Shown here piece after piece: positions 31,397-41,422 of a DNA stretch of 64,000 nt. Numbering within the stretch: position 1 is the first letter of the stretch; every line of letters begins with the position of its first letter. A model generated the notes under the pieces. That model saw only the letters and a list, made by a program, of their open reading frames with translations. It made no database searches and had not been told where the DNA came from. The stretch is from positions 32,423 through 96,422 of the IMG/VR virus record IMGVR_UViG_3300032240_000412. One strand, 5' to 3'. The DNA is from a virus. Both the position numbers and the translations under genes were made by a program.

Positions 31397-32746
31397 ATGC
31401 CCAAATTTAACAACGAAACAGATTTAGAATATAAGCGCAGAGTAATTGACATCAAGTCAAGTAGCTTCTGCGGAGCAAAATGGTATAACGCTACTATTTG
31501 GTTAGGTAGCGGTATGACCACAAGTTGTCATCATCCGTTGCCACACAAGGTTGATGTTGATGACGTAATACGAAACCCTAAAGCATTGCACAACACGCAA
31601 AAGAAAAAAATGGAGCGTGAACAGATGCAGAAAGGAGAACGCCCAGCAGGTTGTGAGTATTGCTGGAAGATCGAAGATATTGGCAGAGACAATATCTCAG
31701 ACAGAGTCTACAAAACAGTTATATACACAGATGAGGAACTAAAACATGCCCATGCTAGGCCATCACGCGATGATGTGGATTTACGAACGCTTGAAATTGC
31801 TTTTGATCGTACATGTAATTTTGGGTGTAGTTACTGTAACCCTGCTTTCAGTAGCACTTGGGTTAGGGATATCGACACTAGAGGTCCTTATACCGGCCTC
31901 ACTTCAGACGGTAGGAATCATTTTACTCATAATCATGGAAGCAGTCAGTTGTACCGTTTTGGTGAACACAATCCGTATGTTGAAGCGTTCTTTAAGTGGT
32001 GGGACACGTCTTTAAGTAAAACCTTAACCGAGTTACGACTCACCGGCGGCGAGCCATTGATGTCAGGCGATACCTGGAAACTGTTAGAATGGTTCAAGAC
32101 ACACGATACAGACATGAAGTTTGCCATGAACAGCAATCTTGGTGCCAAGGACGAGCTAATAGATCGATTGATTGACGCTAGTCATAGTATCAAACATTTT
32201 CATCTGTATACCAGCAATGAATCAGTAAGTCAGCAAAGCGAGTATATTCGAGATGGACTAGTTTGGGATGACTGGGCCAATAATGTAGAGAAAGTATTGT
32301 CTAACGGAAACTTAGAAGGTTTTCATATGATGTGTACTATCAATGCATTATGTTTAGACTCCCTGGATAGTCTATTAGACTGTTGCCTAAACTGGAAACG
32401 CGAGTACGGAAAAGACTTTCCTACATTTTCACTAAATATATTGCGCTTTCCAAGTTTTCAATCACCTCTGGTCCTGCCAGACAACATACGCAATACCTAC
32501 AAACTTAAACTACAAGCATGGTTTGATGCAAACAAGGACGATCCTATGTTACATCAATTTGAGTTAAATCAATTGCAACGACTTATTGATTATTTGGACG
32601 TAGTTAAAACTCCGCATGTTGGTGCGGCAGAGCAAACAGTATTACAGCAAGACTTTAAAAAGTTCTACACACAATACGACGAGCGTAGAGGTAAAAACTT
32701 TACAGAAACGTTCCCTACACTAGCAGAATGGTATAACACACTATGA
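31397..32746 (+). CDS. Radical SAM protein 3 (paralog of protein 1)
   Basis: CNFGCSYC and GGEP; N-terminal CGAKW...SCHHP...CEYCW. Confidence 0.9.
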   Translation: MPKFNNETDLEYKRRVIDIKSSSFCGAKWYNATIWLGSGMTTSCHHPLPHKVDVDDVIRNPKALHNTQKKKMEREQMQKGERPAGCEYCWKIEDIGRDNISDRVYKTVIYTDEELKHAHARPSRDDVDLRTLEIAFDRTCNFGCSYCNPAFSSTWVRDIDTRGPYTGLTSDGRNHFTHNHGSSQLYRFGEHNPYVEAFFKWWDTSLSKTLTELRLTGGEPLMSGDTWKLLEWFKTHDTDMKFAMNSNLGAKDELIDRLIDASHSIKHFHLYTSNESVSQQSEYIRDGLVWDDWANNVEKVLSNGNLEGFHMMCTINALCLDSLDSLLDCCLNWKREYGKDFPTFSLNILRFPSFQSPLVLPDNIRNTYKLKLQAWFDANKDDPMLHQFELNQLQRLIDYLDVVKTPHVGAAEQTVLQQDFKKFYTQYDERRGKNFTETFPTLAEWYNTL

Positions 32747-34077
32747 CAGACAAATTAGAAAACTATTACGAGAACTATGACTATGGTGCTCGTAAACCTG
32801 TATACATTAAACAAGAAGATTTAAGACCAGATCAATTTGATAGGTTAATTAAAAGCGATAAATTCTGCATGTTGCCGTGGACGCACATGCATGCCTTTCC
32901 AGATGGTCGCGCATATAGTTGCTGTTTGTCAGAGATTGATCAATCAATTGGCAACTTAAAGAATAACACGCTACGTGAAATATGGAACGGCAAAGAATAC
33001 AAGACCATGCGCCTTAATATGCTGAATGAACAATCCAGTGCCGCATGTGAACGTTGTTACGAGCAAGAATCCAACGGGTTCTTTAGTATGCGTAATAGTG
33101 CAAATAAAAACTTTGGTCACCATATTGGACTAGTAGATGACACCAAAGAAGACGGTACCTACGAAGATTTCAAACTACGTTACTACGACATTCGATTCAG
33201 TAACCTATGTAACTTCAGTTGTCGTACTTGCGGCAGTATTTTTAGCAGTAACTGGTACAAGGACGAAGTTAAAGCAGGCTGGAAACCAAATCATCCTCAG
33301 ATCATGTACGCTGGCAAAAACGAAGACGACATGTGGGAGCAGATGCAAGAACATATTCCTCACCTGGAACAAATTTACTTTGCCGGCGGCGAACCACTTA
33401 TCATGAAAGAACACTGGAACGTACTGGACGAATTGGTTAAACGAGAAATGTTTCATGTACGATTGATCTACAACACTAACTTCTCAGAAATGAAGTTTAA
33501 AGGCCGTGACGTATTTGAAATGTGGAAACTGTTTGATTGTGTTAGCGTTGGCGCCAGCTTAGATGGCAGTTATGAGCGCGGCGAATACATTCGTAAAGGA
33601 CAGGATTGGCGACAAACAGTTGAAAATCGTGAACGTATGTTGCAAGTATGTCCTAATGTGGACTTTTATGTTAGCAGTACACTAAGTCTTTACAATGCAT
33701 TGCATATTACAGACTTCCATCGAGAATGGACAGACTTGGGGCTGGTTCGCCCACAAGATTGGAATATTAACATTTTACAAGATCCTCCTAGAGATCGTAT
33801 TGATGCGTTACCTTATCAGCTCAAACTCAGAGTTAAAGAAAAATTTGAAAAACATCTAGAGTGGTTAGAGCCGTTGGACACTTTGTCGAGGGCAACTCAA
33901 GGTTATAAGAGCGCCATTAATTTTATGATGCAAAACGATGGCACAGATGAGTTGGCTAACTTCTTTAGAACTAACAACAGACTTGACAAGATCCGCAACG
34001 AAGACTTTTTTGCAATTTTCCCAGAGTTGGCAGATTTACAAACCAATTGGAAAACATTAAATGAGCGACCTGCCTAA
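32743..34077 (+). CDS. Radical SAM protein 4
   Basis: CNFSCRTC, GGEP, YNTN, ASLDG; N-terminal CMLPW...CC...IGNL....L.EIWN...CERC. Confidence 0.92.
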   Translation: MTDKLENYYENYDYGARKPVYIKQEDLRPDQFDRLIKSDKFCMLPWTHMHAFPDGRAYSCCLSEIDQSIGNLKNNTLREIWNGKEYKTMRLNMLNEQSSAACERCYEQESNGFFSMRNSANKNFGHHIGLVDDTKEDGTYEDFKLRYYDIRFSNLCNFSCRTCGSIFSSNWYKDEVKAGWKPNHPQIMYAGKNEDDMWEQMQEHIPHLEQIYFAGGEPLIMKEHWNVLDELVKREMFHVRLIYNTNFSEMKFKGRDVFEMWKLFDCVSVGASLDGSYERGEYIRKGQDWRQTVENRERMLQVCPNVDFYVSSTLSLYNALHITDFHREWTDLGLVRPQDWNINILQDPPRDRIDALPYQLKLRVKEKFEKHLEWLEPLDTLSRATQGYKSAINFMMQNDGTDELANFFRTNNRLDKIRNEDFFAIFPELADLQTNWKTLNERPA

Positions 34078-35278
34078 GACGATTTGTATGCTTCCTTGGA
34101 TTAGTATCGAAACTAGTCCAATCGGAAATGCAAGACCCTGTTGTCTTGCACATGACGAAATTAAAAAACCTGATGGCACAATGTACGACTTGAATGTTGA
34201 TACTTTGAGTACCATGTACCGCAGTGAGTATATGCAAGACTTACGTAGGCAATTTCGTGCAGGGGAAAAACCTGCAACCTGTAGTCGTTGTTGGGAAGAA
34301 GAAGATGCTGGACGTACAAGTAAACGCATGAATACTCGTGTGCGTTTTAAACACGAGTTTGATAAAGTGGACTTTGATAACGACATACCAGATCAACTTT
34401 GGTTTGTTGATCTTAAGTTGGGTAACATCTGTAATCTTAAATGTCGTATTTGCGGTTCCTGGTCTAGTAGCCAATGGGCGCAAGAAGAAATGGCCTACAT
34501 CAAAGGGCGTGCCAAACCCAAGACACACATTGCCTATCAATGGTTAAAACAAGGACAATGGCCACGCAACGACAACAGTGGGACATTTTGGAACGACATG
34601 CGAGAGTTGTTGCCACATATCAAGTACTTTGAGTTCACTGGTGGTGAACCATTTATGATTCCTGAACACTTTGAATTACTACAATATGCCGTAGATCAAG
34701 GCCACAGTCAGAACATAGAAATACACTACAACACCAATGGCACACAGTACCCAGAAAAGTACATACACCTTTGGAAATCTTTTAAGTATGTTGAGATTGC
34801 ATTTAGTATCGACAACGTAGGTCAACGCTTTGAATACGAACGTTACGGTGCCAAATGGAACGAAGTAGAAGCAAACATTGCTAAATTTAAAGAACTAAGA
34901 CAAGCAAACAATAATATCACATTGCAAGTTTGTATGACTATCAATGCACAAAACGTTTACTATCTAGAAGACCTATGCAACTGGGTAAGTCAACAAGGAT
35001 TCAATTATGAATACTTTAATATGTTACATGATCCAAAGTATCACAACATTGGGCACATGACACCTGCCGCACAGCGACTTGTCATTGAACGTCTTGAATC
35101 AGGAACTTTTAGTACCAAGCACAGACAAGAAATTGATAAACTGATACAATTTATAAAAAATGGCCCTGGCAGTGACGGCAGTAGATTCTTGTTTGAAATG
35201 AAACAAACTGATGCCTATCGTAAACAGAATTTTGCAGAAACTCACCCGGAAATAGCAAAGGCCATGGGCTATGAGTAA
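34061..35278 (+). CDS. Radical SAM protein 5
   Basis: CNLKCRIC, GGEP, YNTNGT; N-terminal CMLPW...PCC...CSRCW. Confidence 0.92.
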   Translation: MSDLPKTICMLPWISIETSPIGNARPCCLAHDEIKKPDGTMYDLNVDTLSTMYRSEYMQDLRRQFRAGEKPATCSRCWEEEDAGRTSKRMNTRVRFKHEFDKVDFDNDIPDQLWFVDLKLGNICNLKCRICGSWSSSQWAQEEMAYIKGRAKPKTHIAYQWLKQGQWPRNDNSGTFWNDMRELLPHIKYFEFTGGEPFMIPEHFELLQYAVDQGHSQNIEIHYNTNGTQYPEKYIHLWKSFKYVEIAFSIDNVGQRFEYERYGAKWNEVEANIAKFKELRQANNNITLQVCMTINAQNVYYLEDLCNWVSQQGFNYEYFNMLHDPKYHNIGHMTPAAQRLVIERLESGTFSTKHRQEIDKLIQFIKNGPGSDGSRFLFEMKQTDAYRKQNFAETHPEIAKAMGYE

Positions 35279-36590
35279 ACCCGCTACACTATGCATGGCT
35301 CCTTGGGTACACACATACCTAAGTCCGCAGACCGAGCGCAGAATGTGTTGCGCCAGTAGAGAGCCTGCACAAAACTTTCAGCAGTATATCGACACCAGCG
35401 CCGGTTCTGGCAAGTATATACCTATCACCTTGGACGAACATTGGAACGGTGACCACATGCGCTCTGTGCGAAAACGCATGATGTCCGGCGAAACACTACC
35501 CGAGTGCGAAGTATGTAATGATCGACTGCTGAATACTTCTGTTTACCGTAGTTATTTTAACAGCCTGTTTGGTCATAAGTACAATGACGCTATGTCAGCC
35601 ACAGACGACACAGGTTTTACAACGCTAAAGCCTGTTTCATGGGATTATAGATTTAGCAATCTTTGTAATTTCAAATGTCGTATGTGCGGAGATATGTTGT
35701 CTAGTGCTTGGGAAAGTGAGCAACGGCAACATAATATGATTAATTGGCAGGATCCAAAAAATAATTGGATGGACCCTGATATCAAAAAACAAATTGAACA
35801 ATTCCAATCTCAACAAATCGAACAAGAGTTCTCTCTTGCTGTTGAAGAGCACCGTGTTGAAGAAGTGTATTGGGTAGGCGGCGAGCCACTAATGTACGAA
35901 CAACACTGGCGCTATATGAAGCGCATTATTGAATTGGGAGACGGACAGAATGTTTATGCTAGGTACAATACAAATCTCAGTAGGGTCGATTATAGGGGTA
36001 TTAATCTCTATAGCGATATTCTTAACAGGCTACGCGACTGGCAAATATGTGCGAGCCTGGACGGTACAGGACCAATTGGTGAATACATTAGAACTGGCCT
36101 TAAATACGATGAGTGGCATGAGAACTTCAATCAAGCGGTTGCAATCAGACGTCACGCACGTCAAGTCAGAATTGACTTTACGCTCACTTTGCCCGGAATG
36201 TTCGAAGTTACACGTATTGAACAACTCGCAAGACGATTCGGAGTCGACGTTCTTGCAAAAGTAATTTTTAGTTTTAGCCCGGACATAGTTATGAGCCCGT
36301 TAGCACTACCCAGAGATGTGTTACATCCTTGGATAGATGAAATATTGGGTGACACCCCAGGGGGTATTAACCATGTACCTGATAACAGTCCTCTACGAGA
36401 CATACTTGTCCAGCTAAAAACTAGACCTACTTTTGAAGAACAATGGCCCACAGAATATCAATCAGCCATTGCTCGCGGTAAAGCCCGTGTGCTAAAATTA
36501 GAACAAATCCGTACTCAAGCTGTCACTATGACAGACATATTGAGTGAGCGTCCGGATGTATTGAAATGGTGGATGTCAATTGAAAGTTAA
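35271..36590 (+). CDS. Radical SAM protein 6
   Basis: CNFKCRMC, GGEP, YNTN, ASLDG; N-terminal CMAPW...CC...CEVC. Confidence 0.92.
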   Translation: MSKPATLCMAPWVHTYLSPQTERRMCCASREPAQNFQQYIDTSAGSGKYIPITLDEHWNGDHMRSVRKRMMSGETLPECEVCNDRLLNTSVYRSYFNSLFGHKYNDAMSATDDTGFTTLKPVSWDYRFSNLCNFKCRMCGDMLSSAWESEQRQHNMINWQDPKNNWMDPDIKKQIEQFQSQQIEQEFSLAVEEHRVEEVYWVGGEPLMYEQHWRYMKRIIELGDGQNVYARYNTNLSRVDYRGINLYSDILNRLRDWQICASLDGTGPIGEYIRTGLKYDEWHENFNQAVAIRRHARQVRIDFTLTLPGMFEVTRIEQLARRFGVDVLAKVIFSFSPDIVMSPLALPRDVLHPWIDEILGDTPGGINHVPDNSPLRDILVQLKTRPTFEEQWPTEYQSAIARGKARVLKLEQIRTQAVTMTDILSERPDVLKWWMSIES

Positions 36591-37716
36591 AGTAATATTA
36601 CGCAACCCGTTAGATAAAAAAGATCTAGTAGACTACAACATAGAGTCAACAGATTCTGCATTGTCACGTGACTGGGTACAAGCATTAAAGTTGACTCTGC
36701 AACATGGTAATTTAATAGAAAAAAACTTTTGCTTCATGGGCTTTCCACGTACAGCAAGAAATCTTGCTTACTTGTGCAACGAACTCAATGCTAATATCTA
36801 CAAAATTAATCTGTTTAATAGAACACAAGAGTGGCAACGGGCTGGACTTAAATCTTATGTGATTGAAGAATATTTTACACCCGACGTTGTTAGGTTTGGT
36901 GACGAGTATCCATTGGGTTATGATGATAGTAACTTGGGACTTGGGTTGAAGCACGAAGTAATGAACAAGTTACACAATCACTTTGAAATTCTTCAAGGCA
37001 CAGTTTGGGGACTAAGCGACTACTATAAGATTGCTGACTACGAAACCAAATATGCTATTCGTCAGTTAAACAACTTATGCCATGAAATGGAGAATCTTGT
37101 ACTAAGTCAACGCAAGCAAATCATTGCACCCGAGTGGACACGCCCTAGTCAAATTACAACATTCCTACACGCAGAACGTCACGAGTTAACAATGGAACAC
37201 CGGCAAGGATTTAGTACCAACGGATATGATCGCAAGTTTGGTCACGTCTATATGCATTGGACACAAATTGGCAAAACCTTGTATGAAGTATTCCGGGACG
37301 AAAACGCACCTAAGTTAACAGACACAGTATGCGAAGCAATCAACGAACTTAAATTCTACAGCGGAGAGTTTGATGTAGAATGGGGCAGAGATCTAACACA
37401 CGGTGGCGACAATCAATGGTACACTGATATGATGGATGGCTTTTATGCTTGGCTAGAACGCAACGGCAAAGATCGTAACGACCCAATGCTGAGTCTGGGA
37501 CATTTAGAGCTAGGCTACATTCCCCTTAAAGAAAACTTTGGTGCAGTCGAGCACGATACTGTTTGGAATATACTAAGCAATCACTTAGACATCTTCAAGA
37601 TTGAAGTAGATGGTGTTAGCAACACATTTGAATATTGCTGGAATGACCTAGACTACAAACAAAAACAAATTGACATGATGAGGCCCGGATATGATTACAG
37701 TAGCAGGCGGCGATAG
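36580..37716 (+). CDS. Hypothetical protein in the radical SAM operon
   Basis: 378-aa ORF with a TTG start overlapping the previous stop; conserved-looking motifs NKLHNHFE, LNNLCHEME and QIGKT. Confidence 0.65.
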   Translation: MKVKVILRNPLDKKDLVDYNIESTDSALSRDWVQALKLTLQHGNLIEKNFCFMGFPRTARNLAYLCNELNANIYKINLFNRTQEWQRAGLKSYVIEEYFTPDVVRFGDEYPLGYDDSNLGLGLKHEVMNKLHNHFEILQGTVWGLSDYYKIADYETKYAIRQLNNLCHEMENLVLSQRKQIIAPEWTRPSQITTFLHAERHELTMEHRQGFSTNGYDRKFGHVYMHWTQIGKTLYEVFRDENAPKLTDTVCEAINELKFYSGEFDVEWGRDLTHGGDNQWYTDMMDGFYAWLERNGKDRNDPMLSLGHLELGYIPLKENFGAVEHDTVWNILSNHLDIFKIEVDGVSNTFEYCWNDLDYKQKQIDMMRPGYDYSSRRR

Positions 37717-38494
37717 TTTTGTTTTTGGCAGTGAGCTACACGACTGTGGTCCACACTGGAGTAGCAGTACTTTTCCTGCACTGCTAGCAAATGATGGCTA
37801 CTTGTGTGTGGCATGGCCCGGATATGGCAATGACTCTATAGCACGTTCTATAATACACACCTGCGAGCGTTTACGTAACGAAGAAAAAATGGTAATAGTA
37901 TCGTGGACTTTTCCTGGGAGGTACGAGTTTAGATTTGCTTACGACACAGGACAAAAAACAAGTCCCTGGTATACAATTAATTCTTGGACTATAGAAGAAG
38001 ATTCGTCAGTGATAGAAAAAGAATTTATCACAAAAAATGACAGTATTCTAAAGCACCAACTTGACACAATAGAAAAAGCCAAGTCTACTGGTGTGCAAGA
38101 TTTTGCCAAAACATTTTATCGACATGTAGGCTCAACAGAGTACTGGGAAATTTACAGCAGTCTTAAAGAAATTGTCTACCTGCAAAACTATCTTAAAGTA
38201 AACAATATTCCTTATATGTTTACCTGTGCCGACAATATACTATTTGAAAACCATACTGTAAGAAAAGCCGACGGAACCATATCAAGTCTTGTTAACCAAA
38301 TTGATCAAGACAATTGGTTTTGGTTTCCAGCTGGTACTAGCAAATTCGACACACGAAAACCAAGAGGTTTTTATCAATGGGCAGTGGAAAATAAATACCC
38401 TATAGGAACCACACATCCCTTAGAGCAAGCCCATGCTGATGCGGCACAATTAATGAAAGACAAATTCAATGAACTGGTTAAAAAATCTGTATAA
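37691..38494 (+). CDS. SGNH/GDSL-like hydrolase or acyltransferase
   Basis: Block I GDSFVFG, block II G.GND, and C-terminal HPLEQAH. Confidence 0.65.
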   Translation: MITVAGGDSFVFGSELHDCGPHWSSSTFPALLANDGYLCVAWPGYGNDSIARSIIHTCERLRNEEKMVIVSWTFPGRYEFRFAYDTGQKTSPWYTINSWTIEEDSSVIEKEFITKNDSILKHQLDTIEKAKSTGVQDFAKTFYRHVGSTEYWEIYSSLKEIVYLQNYLKVNNIPYMFTCADNILFENHTVRKADGTISSLVNQIDQDNWFWFPAGTSKFDTRKPRGFYQWAVENKYPIGTTHPLEQAHADAAQLMKDKFNELVKKSV

Positions 38495-38570
38495 TCGTAT
38501 CATGTTAGAAATACGTTACCGCAAGAAACTCAAAGAACTACGCAAACGCGACCCGTTTATCTACAAATGA
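38469..38570 (+). CDS. 33-aa basic peptide MNWLKNLYNRIMLEIRYRKKLKELRKRDPFIYK (not in the ORF track)
   Basis: It fills the gap between the two SGNH genes, and its TGA overlaps the next ATG (ATGA at 38567-38570). Confidence 0.7.
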   Translation: MNWLKNLYNRIMLEIRYRKKLKELRKRDPFIYK

Positions 38571-39100
38571 TATTTGTAAACGGTGATAGTTTTACTTTTG
38601 GTGAAGAGTCATCTGTAGCATGGCCTAGTATTTTGCCAACGACAGTAAACATTGCTGTGCCTGGAGCAAGCAATGATTATATTGTACGTAGTACCGTCGA
38701 GTATCTTGAAAATAATGTTATAGACAAAGCAATAATAGCGTGGACTACACCCGATAGGATTGAACTAGGAAAAAAACATTTAACACCAACTAGTCAAGGG
38801 CGTTATGGAGCGATCTGCGATCAAGTATTCGGAGACTGGGACAATGATTGGGCAGTAGCAAAATTCCATGCTCAAGAAACGATGCTACATGGTTACTTGT
38901 CTAGCAAAGGAATACAGCACATATTTGTAAAAACATTTAACGTACCCAGCGTTGATAAAGAATATTGGATAATGAGTAGCATGGTAGAATGGATGGGCGA
39001 TTGCCCCAAGGGCCCAGGCGGACATCCGCTAGAACTAGGGCATCAAAGAATAGCAAAGAAGATCAATGAACATATTAGGCATCTCGGCTGGATTTCATGA
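38567..39100 (+). CDS. SGNH/GDSL-like protein
   Basis: NGDSFTFG, NIAVPGASND, GGHPLELGHQRIA. Confidence 0.7.
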   Translation: MIFVNGDSFTFGEESSVAWPSILPTTVNIAVPGASNDYIVRSTVEYLENNVIDKAIIAWTTPDRIELGKKHLTPTSQGRYGAICDQVFGDWDNDWAVAKFHAQETMLHGYLSSKGIQHIFVKTFNVPSVDKEYWIMSSMVEWMGDCPKGPGGHPLELGHQRIAKKINEHIRHLGWIS

Positions 39101-40565
39101 TGCGGCCGTTACAGTAATCAAAGACAATGAAATAGTCTTTGCTGGACACGCAGAACGATACAGTAAAATAAAAAACGATCCTCACATTAATGATAAATTA
39201 ATTGGAGAGGCATTGGAATTTGGCAAACCAGATGTGGTGGCGTATTACGAACGACCCTGGGTGAAAAAACTACAACAACTATATTCCGGACAATACAATG
39301 AAGCGTTCAGTGTTACTAATTATACTTTGGGTCAGTATCTGCGTCAACATATATCTAATCCTGTTTATCTCAAGCAATTACTACGATGCCCTCGAAAATA
39401 TATGTCCCATCATCATAGTCACGCCGCAGGAGGATTCCAGACCAGCCCCTACACGAGAGCCACTGTGGTTGTAATTGATGCTATTGGAGAACTAGACACT
39501 ATATCAATCTGGGGTGCAGAATACGTAAATGGTCAAGCCAAGTATACAAAACTGTGGGGACAACGCTACCCACACAGTATTGGATTGTTTTACAGCGCAA
39601 TGACCAAACGTGTGGGACTCAGGCCCTTGGACGAAGAATACATAATGATGGGCATGGCGGCCTATGGTGAATCGGGATTTGGTGATCTACTGTTGAAAGA
39701 TTTTGTATCCAACGAATCAGAAATTGAGTTTAAAGACAATTTGCATTTGGGTGTTGCGCCTGGATATTTAGATTATGTATCAGATATGGATTTGGCCGCA
39801 GGCGCACAAGATGTCTGCGAACAGTTGGTATATAATGTAATGAAACGTGCCAGAGACTTTAAATGGAGCAACAACTTAGTTTATATGGGCGGTGTGGCAC
39901 TTAATTGTTTAGCCAATAGACGTTTAGGAGAATATTTTGAAAACATTTGGATTATGCCTAATCCTGGCGATGCTGGTAGTAGCCTTGGGTCTGCCGCTTT
40001 GGTTCATGGAGGTAGAATTAACTGGACAAGTGCTTATCTCGGTACTGACATTCCTGGTGATTACCCCGTTATGGATATTGTGGATCAGTTACTTGCTACA
40101 CAAATTGTTGGAGTGGCATCCGGACGAGCCGAATTTGGCCCAAGAGCTTTGGGCAACCGCAGTCTCTTGGCGGACCCGAGAGGAAAAGAAATAAAGGATC
40201 GAGTAAATGAAATCAAACGAAGACAACAATTCAGACCATTTGCGCCAGTCATTCTGGAGGAGCATGTTAGCGATTATTTTGTTATGCCTAACGGCTTCAG
40301 TGACAGCGGGTATATGCAAGTCGTCGGTGATTGTAGGTATCCTGACTTATTTCCTGCTATCGTTCACGCTGATGGGACTAGTCGTATACAGACAGTTGCA
40401 AAAAATGGATCAGGAATAAGACAACTATTAGAAGCATGGTATAGCAAAACAGGCTGTCCAATGTTATTGAACACTTCATTAAACATTAGAGGAGAGCCAA
40501 TGGTAAATGATCGTAGCGATGCAGATCGTTTTGAGCAGTTGTATAAAATAAAGGTAATGTCATGA
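39066..40565 (+). CDS. O-carbamoyltransferase (NodU/CmcH/TobZ family)
   Basis: ILGIS..HDAA, ERYS..K, HHHSHA, DAIGE, MGMAAYG, GGVALNC, GDAG, EFGPRALGNRS, RPFAP, HADGTSRIQTV, LLNTSLNIRGEPMV. Confidence 0.95.
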   Translation: MNILGISAGFHDAAVTVIKDNEIVFAGHAERYSKIKNDPHINDKLIGEALEFGKPDVVAYYERPWVKKLQQLYSGQYNEAFSVTNYTLGQYLRQHISNPVYLKQLLRCPRKYMSHHHSHAAGGFQTSPYTRATVVVIDAIGELDTISIWGAEYVNGQAKYTKLWGQRYPHSIGLFYSAMTKRVGLRPLDEEYIMMGMAAYGESGFGDLLLKDFVSNESEIEFKDNLHLGVAPGYLDYVSDMDLAAGAQDVCEQLVYNVMKRARDFKWSNNLVYMGGVALNCLANRRLGEYFENIWIMPNPGDAGSSLGSAALVHGGRINWTSAYLGTDIPGDYPVMDIVDQLLATQIVGVASGRAEFGPRALGNRSLLADPRGKEIKDRVNEIKRRQQFRPFAPVILEEHVSDYFVMPNGFSDSGYMQVVGDCRYPDLFPAIVHADGTSRIQTVAKNGSGIRQLLEAWYSKTGCPMLLNTSLNIRGEPMVNDRSDADRFEQLYKIKVMS

Positions 40566-41422
40566 CACAAAGAATTTTAATTATGGGCCTACCAGGTTCA
40601 GGTAAAACCACACTAGCAGGCGCACTTAAACGCTATTTAGAAGAACACGGCGATTTAGAAAAAATTAATCCTCAGCGAATACTAAACTACGAAGGAATCG
40701 CAGGGCCTGATTTTTATAAGGTAGGAGTAGATTGGTTCAATGCCGATGATGTACGTAGAAAATTCAATGATTGGGACTTTAGTAAAGAAGGTCGCATACG
40801 TCAAAGTTTACGTATGTTGCAATTTGCAATTGAATGTTCTGGCGAGTTTGTAATCTGCGACTTTGTCGCGCCCCTAGTTGAAATGCGTAACAACTTCAAA
40901 GCAGACTGGACCATATGGGTAGACACTATTCGTGAAGGTCGCTATGCTGATACCAACGCGGCCTTTGTTGAACCTGAGGTGTATGACTTCCGTGTAACAG
41001 AACAAGATTGTGAAAAATGGGCTGAATTTATTGGCAACCACATTATTGAAAATCGTAGACGCCCTGTATTTGATTGGAAGCGAGAAACAGTACAGATGTT
41101 GGGTCGTTGGCAACCTTGGCATGATGGACACCGTGCCTTGTTTGAACGCTTAATACAACGTACAGGGCAGGTAGTTATTCAGATACGCGATGTTCAAGGT
41201 TGGCAAGGATCAAATCCGTTTGAAGTAGAAAAAGTTAAGAAGTTTATTCGACGCGATTTAGATCCTATCTATCAAGGACAGTATGAAATACAAGTAGTGC
41301 CTAATATTGTACACATTGGTTGGGGTCGTGGTGTAGGTTATACTAGCGGTGAAGAAACGTTTGATGAAACAATTACTGATATCAGTGCTACCAAGATTAG
41401 AAAAAGCCTAGGGTTAAAATAA
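40562..41422 (+). CDS. Fusion of an APS-kinase-like P-loop kinase and an HxGH nucleotidyltransferase
   Basis: N-terminal GLPGSGKTT, NADDVR, DFS.EGR.RQ, FVAP; C-terminal MLGRWQPWHDGH and ISATKIR. Confidence 0.8.
   Translation: MTQRILIMGLPGSGKTTLAGALKRYLEEHGDLEKINPQRILNYEGIAGPDFYKVGVDWFNADDVRRKFNDWDFSKEGRIRQSLRMLQFAIECSGEFVICDFVAPLVEMRNNFKADWTIWVDTIREGRYADTNAAFVEPEVYDFRVTEQDCEKWAEFIGNHIIENRRRPVFDWKRETVQMLGRWQPWHDGHRALFERLIQRTGQVVIQIRDVQGWQGSNPFEVEKVKKFIRRDLDPIYQGQYEIQVVPNIVHIGWGRGVGYTSGEETFDETITDISATKIRKSLGLK

Noticed and set aside
28858-36590. Radical SAM genes as a 7-deazaguanine (QueE) or anaerobic RNR activase (NrdG) system
   Set aside because: No queC/queD/folE/dpdA or nrdD genes are in the window, and the proteins are much longer and carry extra Cys clusters.
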